From Fimbriosthenelais zetlandica (Eukaryota): a stretch of 64,000 bases of DNA. The notes below the pieces were generated by a model. The model was not told the DNA's origin and made no database searches. It saw only the letters and a list, made by a program, of their open reading frames with translations. The DNA lies in NCBI GenBank assembly GCA_977030845.1, contig OZ365110.1:20832001-20896000 (forward strand). The letters run 5' to 3'. Positions 36,863-49,723 of this stretch are shown here, piece after piece (positions within the stretch are counted from its first letter, which is position 1; each line of letters begins with the position of its first letter). Both the position numbers and the translations under genes were made by a program.

Positions 36863-39800
36863 TGTTTATAAAAGTCAGTAATAACGCCTGTGATTAAACA
36901 AGATGGCTGACCCTAGATTTGTATCCCAATTTATATACAAACTAGCATTTGGTTCCTGGAGACGGCAGGACTAATTTAATTTAAGGACTACAGCCATTCA
37001 GGAGAGCAACATAGTATTATGAAGAGATATGAAACGAGTTACACTTCTTTGGTTAATATTTTTGTGTCTATACACCTAGTCCCACCTGTACACATGTGAG
37101 AAGACATTGTCAGTTAAGTCAGGCTGGCTCTGTAATCGGACTGCGAGCAGTTCACTCCCTGCATTACTCCCAAGCCAGAGTGATGATTCCCTTTGTCTAA
37201 TGGGAGCGCTATCAGAGGATGGCATCGAATATGTCACGTAATTAAATTGCATTCTTAATTATGTGCCCGCACCATAGGCTGCTGCACTGTCTCCTGTCTC
37301 CTCGCAAATAACATTTAACAAGAAGGAGGCCTACAGTAAAAGTAAATCAGCTTTGTAATTCAAGGCTGCTGCAAATCAAAACATGTTTGAGTCAAATGGA
37401 TTTCTCCCTATGTTATTTGTACCAGGTTACCTACATGATATAAATAGGAACACATTCATTACATAGTGGGAGGAAGGCGGGGAGTTGAAGTAACCCGTCC
37501 CCTCATTTAATCACTCCTATTATGGCCTAGCCTTGTGTGCTTAATGAGAACATTGAAAACCATTATCTGTCACAATACAGGTAGGAGGCAAAAAGCTCAC
37601 CCCCTCCCCCTCCCCCACCCCACTATATATACCACTAGATACCCAGCCTCCCCCGGCTTCTTTAAGACAGAGTGAGACATGTTGTAAAGATATCAGCTTA
37701 CACGTCATGCTTTTGAGTCTCTATCGTGAAAAAGTGCAGCATATTTGCCACTAATTTCCTGCGAGAAATTGCCTCCACTAGGGAGACTGCCTGGTGGCTA
37801 GGGACCCCAGCCTATCATCCCTTTTGCTGAATGGGGTAAAAAGGGCGCTATCACGTCTGTGTGGCCCACACATATCCCCACCTGTCTCTCTTGTATACAA
37901 TAATGCTGGACAAGAGTGAGGCAGTGAAAGCAGGCGGCCATTGTCTTTTCTTGCATAATGATGTAATGTTGATTCCGCTCATGGTTAGGGAAATGGAATG
38001 CAAACAATAAGATGCACTGATATTGGAGGGTGGTGGCATTCACTCTGCGTGTCCACATACAGATGGAGGGATGGCTGCGCTACTGTACTCGGCCTCGTTC
38101 GCCGAGTGTCCCGCACCGCCCTTTATTGGAACAGACGTGGAAATCAAGAAATCAAATTACATGTGCACTGCCTCACTGCATTGGTCATGCGCCAAGACAG
38201 TAATGCAATCAGGAAAAATGACAATTTTATTCGAGCCGTCAAAAGTGGGCGCTTGGGTCATTCGTGCGTGTGGGGAGTTTTTGTTTTGATTGAAGATGAT
38301 TCCTTGGTTACCAGGGCAACGCCAGCCTTTGCCTCCAATGGCAGGAAGATGATAAGATATGGCTGGATGAGGTGAGGGGTATTAGATAAGGGTCAGTCAA
38401 ATGCTGATTCCACGTGAGTGCCAGACAGGTTACCTAGACAGCCGTGATAAGGTGAATGTCATGCCACAAGGTGGCAGGCAGGCTGAGCTGCTCACACAGC
38501 ATGACCTGCTACCGTGGGGCACCAACATAAATTATACACAACCTGACATTGGGACAAATATCAAATGGCGCTATGTAATGTGATGAGTTATAAAGCTGTC
38601 TTCTCTCCTGCAGGCTGGGTCTACTAAAGTATTCCTACATTGTTATTGTGCTGCTTTACTGCTACGGTGATATATCTCATAGTAATTTGACATGCGTACC
38701 TATCAGATAACATATCTTTCCTTTGACGTCAGGGCCATATTTATAAGATCATGTAGGTTCTCATTACCCGCCAGTCTTTGCAGTCTCAGGTGGTAGTCTC
38801 TTTTTCTTGCAAGAACTCGCCTTAGGTTATAATATATCTCCAGCACGAACACCTGAAGAAGTCTTTTTGATAAAGGTATCATTTTACGAAAGTTTCCTTG
38901 ATACTCTTTCCTGAAATGTCAGAGTAAATTGCCCCCTTTTTGATCCGATTCTCACCTTTCCTCTAATGTCTTCCTCTTATGTAGAGTCTGGCACTGATAA
39001 ATAAATTTTAACCAAAGCATACACTCTCACATCAATGTTAGGAAACAATAAATAAAAAACAGTAGAACACGGGCATTTTGAGGGCTGGAGACTGCATAAA
39101 GGGCTTACTTTCATATTGAATCAGTTGTTGCAAGAGATAAATGGATGGCGAGCATAGATGAGCTGCATAGGCTATTGTAAACCCAATACATCTTTCCATT
39201 ATAAAATGCTTTATGCAGTGGCATGTTCATGCCGGCGGTAAAGCATTTTGTATGGCTGTTCCTGGTTTGGAGCACGCCTGCCCCAATTGTCAGTCAACAG
39301 GTGTAAGGTAGGCAGCTATTGCGTGTGTACAGATGCCTCGAGCTGTGGAATCACATGGCCATAGTCAAATATAAAAGATTGCTGGATCTCCCAAAGGTCC
39401 GATCAGTCATGGTGGGGACAGGTGAGGGAAATGTAAATCCCCTTCTGCTCCAAATGCCTTGAAAGGACTGGAGACACTGCCTTGCCTTTGTTGTACATTG
39501 GGATACGGTTCTGCATATAAGTATTTGTGCTTTGTGTTAAACAGAGAGAGTGTTTGGGATTAGTCTATGGGCTTAAAAAGACTCATCCGCCGAAATGAAT
39601 ACTATACGAAAGGAGAGGCAATGGAGAGCAAGGTTGTAAAACGCTTTGCTTTTCTTCTTTCCTACATATTGCATGTGGATTAAGTGAGAATGATATCCAT
39701 CTTCTGTGAGGAATTTTGTACTGACAAGAATTCCCCTTTGCATTTTATTCCGCTGACATTTTCACAATCTAAACTGAATTGATAAACCTTGCTTTGCTCC

Positions 39801-42800
39801 TGTCGTTTTCAGAAGTGCACTTTGTGTTTTCCCTCCGATTTGTTGGCTAATTCTGTCAAATAAAAGTAAGCAATTGTACTCCCTGATGTTGCTGTCACTG
39901 CAAAAACCGTTATTCCTCCAGTCTGTTTTCTTTAAGATTGTATTCAGTTATTTGCCAGATGCATTTGCCCGTAAATGCAGTCAGTTACGTTGGATTTTTC
40001 ATATGTCATATTTCTCATTGAAAGATGAACTTGTTTATAATGGGTATGTTAGTAATGTTTGTAAAAGACGATCTCTATGCAACAGAAATATTAACAGTGA
40101 CAAACCGTATTGAGATGTGTCAAAGGCTAGGTTCTTACAAACTGTAGGAAGCCGACGAAATCAGCTGCCAAAATAGCATTATGCTATTTGCATAGCGTTC
40201 GTCAGCAAGTCCCGTTTAGCAATTTGTTACAGAGCAAATGAGAGCAAAACATGCGAAAGGCAGATTATTGGTCAGAAGCTGAGTTTGACCATAGGGTAGT
40301 GAGAGGCGCAGAAGAGCCAGAAAGCGGGTGGAAGTGGGTCCACACTGACACCAAGGTGGTGATTATGCATCTATTGGCAGGTCTATGACCCCCGCCGCTA
40401 ATATCATAACTTGTTCATATCACCGTCCTGGGACAGAGTGGCCTCTGTCATGATGGCATGTCTGAATTATGTAGCACCATCTCCATGCCTACCGCTGGCC
40501 ATTACTAGAATAATCTACAAACAATTTGATTTTTCCTTTGCATGACCTGCTGAATTCTCTTACTCCCTCAACATGCAATGGAATTATCGCTAATTCGTTT
40601 TTATCCCTCTGCTTATTGTATGGACACAAACTGTGTTAAGGGCTGGCTGACAATCGGCTTTCACTGTTTATTGCAGCAATGGAAATAAATTTATGTTTCT
40701 GATCAACATCCCTGACAGTATGTACACACTGTGGCTGCGATGGATTGCCATCTGGGCTGAACGTGGACGCGGCCACCAGAATGCCTATTGTAAAATTAGC
40801 ATTGAGCCATCTTGTCATTTAAGCAATCTCATCATGGATGAATCATGGCCTCGCCTGTCAATAATTAATGTGGGCCAGTTAATCAGGGGTACCTGGTGGT
40901 CCTACACTATAGAAATATTCAGATATAGATATGACCTAGTGGCAGTATAAAATATTTAATGTTAATGCCCTTTGCCAGATCTCTGCCTTTTATAATGTGA
41001 TGGCTTCACATTTGTTGATGTGGGGACGGTGTCAAGGTGGCTGAGCATTGATATTCCAATCATGGGACGACTCGCTGTGCAGGCTGTGCCTAGACAAACA
41101 ACTCAGATGGCCTGTGCATACAGTGTTTAGTTACTGGCCCAGTCACCTGAGTCAGAGAGGCAATTCCTGATGAGAAATCTCACTCTCCTTTTACATTGAT
41201 TCCCCCAGTTTAATGCCCCCGTAAACCTAGGCTGTAAAATGAGTGTCTATATATAACCAGCATTGGATATGACAAGGACAGAGTGGCACACCTTCTGCTC
41301 TCGCTCGCTCTCCCTTTACTCTAAACGCCCATTTAATCATCAGAAGCATTGCAAATCCTATTGCATAATTCATTATTAGGTCCCATGATCAATAATGCAG
41401 ATTTTTTCCTTGATATCGAAAAGAACAAATGATCGCTATTAGGGGGAGGGATTTCTTGTCGGATTAACAGTATTCCTAAATGTAATATGTTGCTCAAAGC
41501 ACCACATATTGCATCTGGTAATATTACACATATTTACATGATATTCACATGTGTATTTTTGTGCTGGTCAATGCAATTACTGAATACTCCCAATCAGATT
41601 TTGTGCTCTTTCTTATCCCGCCGCATTTTATTCATGGCGCCTTTCACAAGCAATAATGCCTGGTGGTGGCTGGCCTTATTTTCCTGTTGAATGAGAGGGT
41701 GTGAAGAGAGCTCGGCTCGTGACTTGACATCCAGCCTTTCTTAACTTGAAGCATCAGGTTTCTATGCTTGGTCTGCTCATGATTCCATCATCCACATCCT
41801 CCCTGATCCTCTTAAATCAATGATGCGCTTTGCCCTTTTTCATTATAACTGAATTTCAGCTCAGGCTGTTGGGATTGTCTCCTGATATTCCCATTGTATT
41901 TCAGTTGAAGCATTTGTGTAGGCATGTATCCTGCCTATATAAGGCTGTCATTCTATCTGGTGGAATGTTTTTCCGAGCTTGATATCTTTGAAGGGAGGAT
42001 GATGAGTTTTGGGATTAAATGAGTGATGGTTTGTTTTACTTCAGATTTAGCCCGAAATATATTTTTGTATCTTCACGATGTTCTCTACATATGTACTGCC
42101 AATAATGCATTGATGGATTGGAATTTTCAGACATTTATACACACATCTCGAATAATAGGCTTCCCGGCTAAAACCCTATTTTCAGGTGGAAAGCCACATC
42201 TTTTGTCCACATTTAGATTTATTTAACTTTTTACCCAGAGCAACACAACAGCCTTTTTTACTGACATTTGTTTTGGGCGAGCTGCTGCTCTCGTTCTAAA
42301 GGAAACAAGGATTTCTATGGCAACCAAGCATGCGAGTTGCTCATCAAGGTTTGAAGCCAACTTGAGCAACAACTCTTCCCCTTGATCTAACAGGCCAGGC
42401 GTGTGAAGCCCTAGAGTGCCCGCTTGGCCAGACTTGAAGAAGATGCCTCAAGGTATCTTTCCTGCTTCACTGATCACAAGCCCCTTATCCTCATCTCTCC
42501 CTTCATGATTATGCCAATTTAAAGCCGTTCCCTCATTAAATTCCCATTTTGATATAAAACAGCTTATTTATTACCCAAATTATGTCATGTCAATCTGGTC
42601 CATAGTTCCATGTTTAACCACTTATTGAGTGCATTTAGATTGTAATATTCGACAGAGGCATTCAATCAGGCTAATGTACGCCAAATGCTAGTAGTATAGA
42701 GGCAAATGCATTGTGCTCGGGCGCCCTTCTCCTATACCCGCTGTCTGAGCCACATGTTCCCCTCCATCCATTATAGTCATCGCCCATTATCCACCCTCTT

Positions 42801-43431
42801 CTGCTGCTAATCATATTCACCATCTCATTTCAGCATATTGTTGCTAGTGCGTGCTTACCATTGCGAGTATCAGCTTATCCCCCCTTGAGTCTTGCCCAGC
42901 AATTTACTCGAGACCTGAAAGAAGGAAAACTGGGGAAATGCTGTTAGCATCTTCTTCCATTTTTGCCCCTGTGTAATCATGCCTTATTTCAGTGATCATG
43001 CCATTGAGCGTGCTAAATGTGCTGCCAGTTGCCAGCCAGTTCTCTTCGTTACACATAGGCTTACTAATTAGCTAGCATTGTCACTCCCATTCTCCCACCT
43101 AATCCAATTTTCACCGACGACCCATGTAAAAAGCAGGGCTCCTGGGAGACCACAGAAATCAAGAGCTGATATGAAAGGAATAAAGCTTTGGTAATACCAA
43201 AGATTATCATGCACAACTGAAGGCTTGGGGGTGACATCTTGGAATTTGGGGATCGTGGCAAGCGGTGTGCAGGTGGACTTTGTGCTGTCTCCGGGGAACC
43301 ATGCTGAGGGGAGAGAAGGTGAAAGAAACATCCTGTGGGATGTGGGAAGGATCCCACCAACTGATGCGTGAGGCAGTCTCTCCAACATGTATGAGGCATG
43401 GATGGGTGTGTGAAGGGTTTCTGTCAGCTTT

Positions 43432-43465
43432 GGGGGTGGGGGTGGGTGGGGGTGGGTGGGGGTGG
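43432..43465 (+). repeat. G-rich repeat (GGGGGT/GGGT units), G-quadruplex-compatible
   Basis: gggggtgggggtgggtgggggtgggtgggggtgg has six runs of 3 or more G separated by single-T loops. Confidence 0.85.
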
Positions 43466-46461
43466 AAGTCCTTGCTCAGCAGGAGGAGGGGAAAGGAGGA
43501 AGACGAACGGGAGGAAGAGGAAGCTGAGAGGCTTAAAAGCACATCTCCAGGAGGCCCCATGTAGAGGGAAATAGGAACTGCTGGCGGGGAATTCTAATCC
43601 TTCTTCCTCGGAATTTGCCTTGAAGGCTTCCAAATCCTCCCAATTAAATTGACTTGATATTTCCCCGCGATTGCAAGTAATCGCCTCCAAGAAAATCCGA
43701 AGAAGAATTTTGTGAATGATTGACAGTGATAAGCAGATGTTTCCATACTAATCCTGTCTCCTTGTTTGAAGCATTGACTAAATGTGTGTGATGTGTTTAG
43801 ATGTTTTTTATTGAACCCTTGTCGGAAGAGTCTAGTTAGTGAACTCCCCCCATAGAGTGAGGCAGCCTTGATAACACCCCCTTCCTCCTCTCAGCTCGGT
43901 TCCCACACGCCCCCCTCTTTGTATGCGACACATCATATATACAGGCAGGCGGTGTACAGCCTAGACCAAGGCAAAATCCCATTATCTAAATACAAAATCG
44001 GGCTTTCCCTTTATCCTGCTTCAGACAGCATACTGTTCCCACACAATGGAAATGTAGATGAGATGTGCAACGCATTGCTGTTGTGTCCTCGGGGTCGATT
44101 ATATTAGCGGCGATTCCCTCCTGCAGCTATCCATATTTTAGGCCCTACCTCTGAAGACACGTTCCCAAAAGGCGGGCTTGTGTCGCAGATGCAACACTGT
44201 GATATATAGAACGAGTTATTATTACCAAACACACTCCAATGATTTTTATAACTGATGCAAATCTGATCTATGCAGGGCCTGTATTATCTGAAGGGCCCAT
44301 TTCCTTCCTTCGATTCAGACACACATCCATTTCGATAATATCTTGGGAGGATGATAAGGGATTTGTTCCTACCAAGGATTGAAAGGGACGTAGAAATTGC
44401 ATCGGCAGTGGGAAATACATGGGGAAATTGGCCCTTTCCACAACCCATATCAGAGCACATAAATTTGTTTTCAAATCCCTGTCTTATTCTGAGTGGATGA
44501 ATAAGAAAAAATCGGGTTTGCACTACTGTATAATATCCCCATAAATTTATTTGGAATTGGCCTCGCACCCTTAAAATGGTATCACGTTGCAAAGATCAGA
44601 TTATATGGAAAACTCAATGGTAAATTTTTCACATATTTTTCATCATTTCCATTTAGTTCAATATCTGATACTGAAATGCAACTTTTATCATCCAGTATAA
44701 AAATACAATTCCGTACGATTTGTATATAGATCTCTTTTCGTGTTTCATACAGTGAGCATTTCTTTTCTCTGCTGTAACTAAATACAAGTAAATGTCCGAA
44801 AGCCAAGTACTCTTTGCCTTTCTGGCAGTCATCAGTTGGCAAGATCTAATTCCCCTATGAGCGCCTGAGGTCCCAGCAGGGGGATGGGTGATAGTACATA
44901 GAACATGTGACATTATAGGCTATAGTGGACATGTCCGCAGTCAGCCTCACTGACAGGTCACGAGAATGGACCATGCATCACTTATAGGTCCTCCCCTAGT
45001 ACTCGAATACCCCCTCTCATATGACCTCCATTTACTCTCACTCCCTCTCTTAACGGAAGCCACTCGCTGAGCCACTTTGGCTTCATTTTAGATATGACTA
45101 GACCAATGACATATATAAGTCTCCAGGGCTTCTATATAGTCTACCCTATTATATGCTTATATATAAATAGATCTGATATATGTGCTACATAGACATCTAT
45201 CAAGTTCTTCTATTTTTCTTACATTTCAATAGTGTGGAATATGAATTGTTTCAACTTAAGTCCGCTTCCCTTCAGTCAATGGAGGCATTCAACACTTAAT
45301 GTATTGCAATCACTTAAATCATAACGTGCTATTAATAGAATTAGGTGATCTTTTGTTGCAAACATTGAGATGTCACTTGCAAATATTCAAATCATAAAAC
45401 ACTGGCCTTTCACTGTTACAATGTATACATCATGAATGTCAGGGCGGTTTTAGGATGTAAATGTAAAAGAAAAGTAAAACGTAGTACTGACTTCACGAGA
45501 GAAAAACGAAATATCTCTTCCTCGATGTATTGATGAGTAGATTTATTTCAAGGTCAGCCACCTATAATAGTCTTTTATTTTTGGCAAGGTGTTTAGCAGC
45601 AGCTTGAAGGCTAAGCCAGGGTCAGTCTGGTCAAGATTCCACTTCCAGCCCCCGGCCATGGCCAGTATTCAGGCCTGGATTTACCATCCACATCTCCAGA
45701 GGCAGTTGGATATGAAGCCAAAGCCATGGAAATCAAGTGTTGCCCACCTCAATACTTGGCCCTCTCCCTTTGGGTGTTTCTCTTTATCCCCAGCCTATTG
45801 ACCTTGGCATGCCAACCCATTTTATGAGCTGCCTTGAATGGGAATTGACCTTGTCTGAACATTGTTACAAAGGTCCCTGTGAATGTTCCTAGATAGTTCT
45901 TTCTTATTCCGTGCCTGTTTAGCATATATACACAATTTTCTCTTATCCTGATAAACAAAATGGGAATTATAAAGGAAAATATAGAATCGTAGCCATATTA
46001 TAATGGTTGAGGCACAATGGAAATGATGTTCAAACCCCTTTTATATTCAATAAAGTTCTACAGATCTGAACATAGTGCAGGTCTTTGACCTGCAGCTGCC
46101 CAGGCTAGCTAAACAGACTGCTTATATAGATAGTAGCAAAGACACTTGAGATCCACCCAGAATGGAGTGTGATAGAAGGCCCTGCCTGTCACCTAGTGCT
46201 CAAACTTATTCCCCATTTATCTGATCAGTGGAGCACATATAAGCTCACCCGTCTAAGCCGTTTACCATAGAACCACCTGATTTCCAGACGTTATTTATTT
46301 GATTTATGCCTGACATACGTATTGATAAACTTTCATGAATAAATCATGTTCTGTTCTACCATTTTATTTGTGCCTCACAATTGATTGTCTTTCCTAGAGG
46401 ACCGAGATTAGTCAGATATAGAATGGCAGGAGACTCATTTATATTTCACTCTTTTTTCCAG

Positions 46462-46559
46462 CCTCAGACTATGGGCTCTTCTTGGCTGACGAGGACCCAA
46501 AGAAAGGCGTATGGCTGGAGCCAGGACGTAGCATAGAGTATTACCTTCTACGAGATGGG
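46462..46559 (+). CDS. TLN1: Talin, coding exon 2 (end of F0)
   Basis: Acceptor cttttttccAG and donor GGG|GTAAGA; 98 nt, phase 1 to 0. Gives (P)SDYGLFLADEDPKKGVWLEPGRSIEYYLLRDG versus human SDFGLFLSDDDPKKGIWLEAGKALDYYMLRNG. Confidence 0.97.
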
Positions 46560-49500
46560 GTAAGAAATATCAAATGAATCATGTTATAGTTCAGAATTAG
46601 AATCTGTTTCTTTTTGATGTTTGATATAGCCTTTTGTAATGGAATACTATCAAATTAAATGTAATGGAAACAATTGGTAATATTATTTCCGAATGACCTT
46701 TCTCCATTTCTTTTATTAATCTTAGTCCAAGAAAGTCCAATTCAAACAAAATATAGAAAATGAAAAGTAGAAGCTTGAAGAGTTCTCTGATTACATGCAG
46801 GGTCTCACTTTTTCCTGACTTTTTGAAGGTGATTTTGTTTGTCCAATACTTAAATGAAGATTATAAGTGGTAGGAGGAGTATAGGTCCTTGGGCGGAACT
46901 GTCTATATTGTTTCCATTGGGCCTGTAGGGATTGGTCAATATTTGGTATTCACTGCCTGTACTCTGCTCCATTATGGGACTGTAATCAGAGATGGGGGGA
47001 TGATTGGATGGCCAGTGTCCACTGCCTGTCCAGCCCTGCTTCAACCACATCGTTGGACGTCCCAGGCAAACCGCAATGATGCCAACCTTCAACCAGCCAA
47101 ACTGATTGGTGTGCACCACCACGGAGAGATAGCAGGCCGAGGGGAGGACCAGCCCATGGGGGGCGTTAACTTGCATCCATCAGGGTGGAAACAACAGATA
47201 TGGGGCTTAAGGCCAGACCGCAGCAAGGCAGCCAGATTGTAGTTAGCTTGCTTCCTCTGATATCGCCAGCTGAAGGGATGTTCATTTCTATTTATACACT
47301 TTGCTTGCCAGAAGTAAAAACCCTCCTCCGCTGTACGAAATGGGCAATAAACTACCCACTCTGATGTCTATGGTCGGGTAGGAACGTGGAGCAAATGAGC
47401 TGAATATTGAGGTAATATGAAAGTATTATACTGAGGCACCCCACTGTGAAGCAATGTTCCTTTTAGGGTTCCATTGTCAGTTCTCATCTAAAGCAGCCTT
47501 AAAAACTCAGTGTCTACCCTCAGCCTAGTCCAGATGCTGGAAACACTCATCTGAGGAGTGGCTCTGTTGCAGGCATCTTCGACCATCTGTGGCCCGGGTT
47601 TCAAGTACCAGCTTTCTTTAGCAATTGCATTGAAGGGTATTAAGGGTACTTCCTCTAAGGGCATTATGTCTTTCAAAGAAGTCAACGCCTCTAATACTGA
47701 GGTGTTTCTTTTCTCAGGGAACATTTGGTGCTTCTTAGCATCCTGCAGCTGTTCTCAGATGGAAAGATATTGGAAAGTATGTGAGGATTTTTGGCGGATA
47801 TTATTATGAACTGGAATTTCCACATGTACTTGTTGTGCCGTCATTGTCCAAGTGGATTGCAGGATATCCCCTAACATACTTTATGCTTTATGAATGTGAA
47901 TCCTTAATCAGATGCCTCTTTAATTAATGTCTGATTGGAAGTGGCATGCAATCAGTGAGTTGCGCCCTTCCCAGTTTTCCTCCTGCCGTTCCAGGCCTCA
48001 CTCAGGCAGCAATCACTTCAAAGGAGGAATTTGTGTTTGTCACAACATAAGTATCTGCCTTTATCGAATGTTGCAAAGTGATGGTAGATCAGTGGATGTA
48101 AAAATGTGATGGGGGTCTAGCCAGCCGGTCCATCTGTGTTGGATTCATGGAGTAGAATGGTAAAAAAGAAGCAAATCGATGCTCCACAGATGTATATGAA
48201 ACAGAACAGCGGTGGCTGATCCCACTGGAAGACATGCATTGCTTGATCCGGATCTCCTCCATCTCCTCACGCATGTAATGTTGCATGATCAGCATTTTCT
48301 CTGGAGGAAAAATAAGCGCTCAACTGCCTTGCACTGTGAACCATTGTAAGATCAGACAAAGGCAGTTTCTTAGCAGCCGGCTTGCCATGTTCACATCAAA
48401 AGTGCCCTCGGAGACTGCTACACTATGCCTGCCTTTACGTTTTGTGGCGAGTTGAGTGGATGTTATGTTGTTACACTCAACCATGTTGCTCTTTACTCCT
48501 TTAATGCTTTTAATAGGCCATAGATTGCACTTCAAACAGCCTACTCTACAATCCACCCACTTAATTCAGTCCATCGGTACGAAGAATATGTGGTCTATAC
48601 ACTTTAATGGTTTGGGGGAAACAAGAATGGCACGATCTAAATCTGACATAATTTTACGAAAAATACAGATGGCTCCCCAGTACTAGCATCCTTTCCACCA
48701 TCGGAGTTTCCAACCTATACTGAAGATACATCATTCTAAAAGTCAATCTCTATTGGTTCTGGAGATATTGGACGTCGGAATGATCCATAGCAGGAGGCAT
48801 CTCCTGGATGGAGAGGTTAAAAGGCACGGAGAAACCCAGTGAATATAATCCCTATAGTGTGTCCGGTCTGGGAAGATTTTAATAGATGTTCCCAGCTCAT
48901 GGGTCAATCTGCTCGATGGTTTTATGAGCAAGTGCTGGTTAGATTATGATGGACGCAGGAAGAGTGAGGCAGGGATCAGAATGATGGAAGAAGGCACATA
49001 GCTAGATATAAGCCATCAATCTTGGATCTGTTTTGCTCGCCTAGATTTGTCTGTGATTCATCGTAGGGTGTTAAGCCCAGTCAGCTTCAGTTGGGACAGG
49101 GCGTCAGAGTCATAAGGAAAATTAGGCAAATAGTTGCAATTGCTGGGAAATCTTTCCATTTCCAAAAGCATTCATGCATACTCCTCTTGGTGCTTGTACA
49201 ACACTTTTTCATTGATTAAAGAGGGTCCGTAAAATATAATATCAGAAAACCGTGAAGTATACTTCTCAATCGCAATCTAATATGACACGCTCCTGAATTG
49301 CAAATTCATCGACTGGTCCGATTATATTCATGATAAGCAGCTAAAAATAGCAACTAAATGGACTAGCGGAGCTCCTCTTAGTCATAAAAGTATACAGCAA
49401 TTGCCGCCCTTCTCAGATTGCAGGCTTTTCTTGCTGTCATATCTTGTCTGGTTTGTGCTTCAATGCATGCTGGGCGAGGATGTAGTGGGCGAGGTGTTTG

Positions 49501-49723
49501 CAAACGATCCTATCTCACAGTCCACCAGTCACGGCAGAACTCGATCATATCAGGGATGAGATTGATGGGATACTTGACTTCTTGACCGCCATGTAAAAGG
49601 CAGGTCACATCCACTGGCATCATCCCTCTGCAGGTTTTCACACTGAGTCAGTTATCATCTGCCAAAGGGGCCTTGACCACCTTCTCACTGCCTTGTAATT
49701 AGTTCAGACCTTTCCTACATGAT

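Noticed and set aside
46850-47724. LINE RT-like words (HSGVPQ, QGPILLLPLIIFI) on the minus strand
   Set aside because: The two words are about 500 nt apart rather than adjacent and the flanks do not fit RT motifs; too weak to call.
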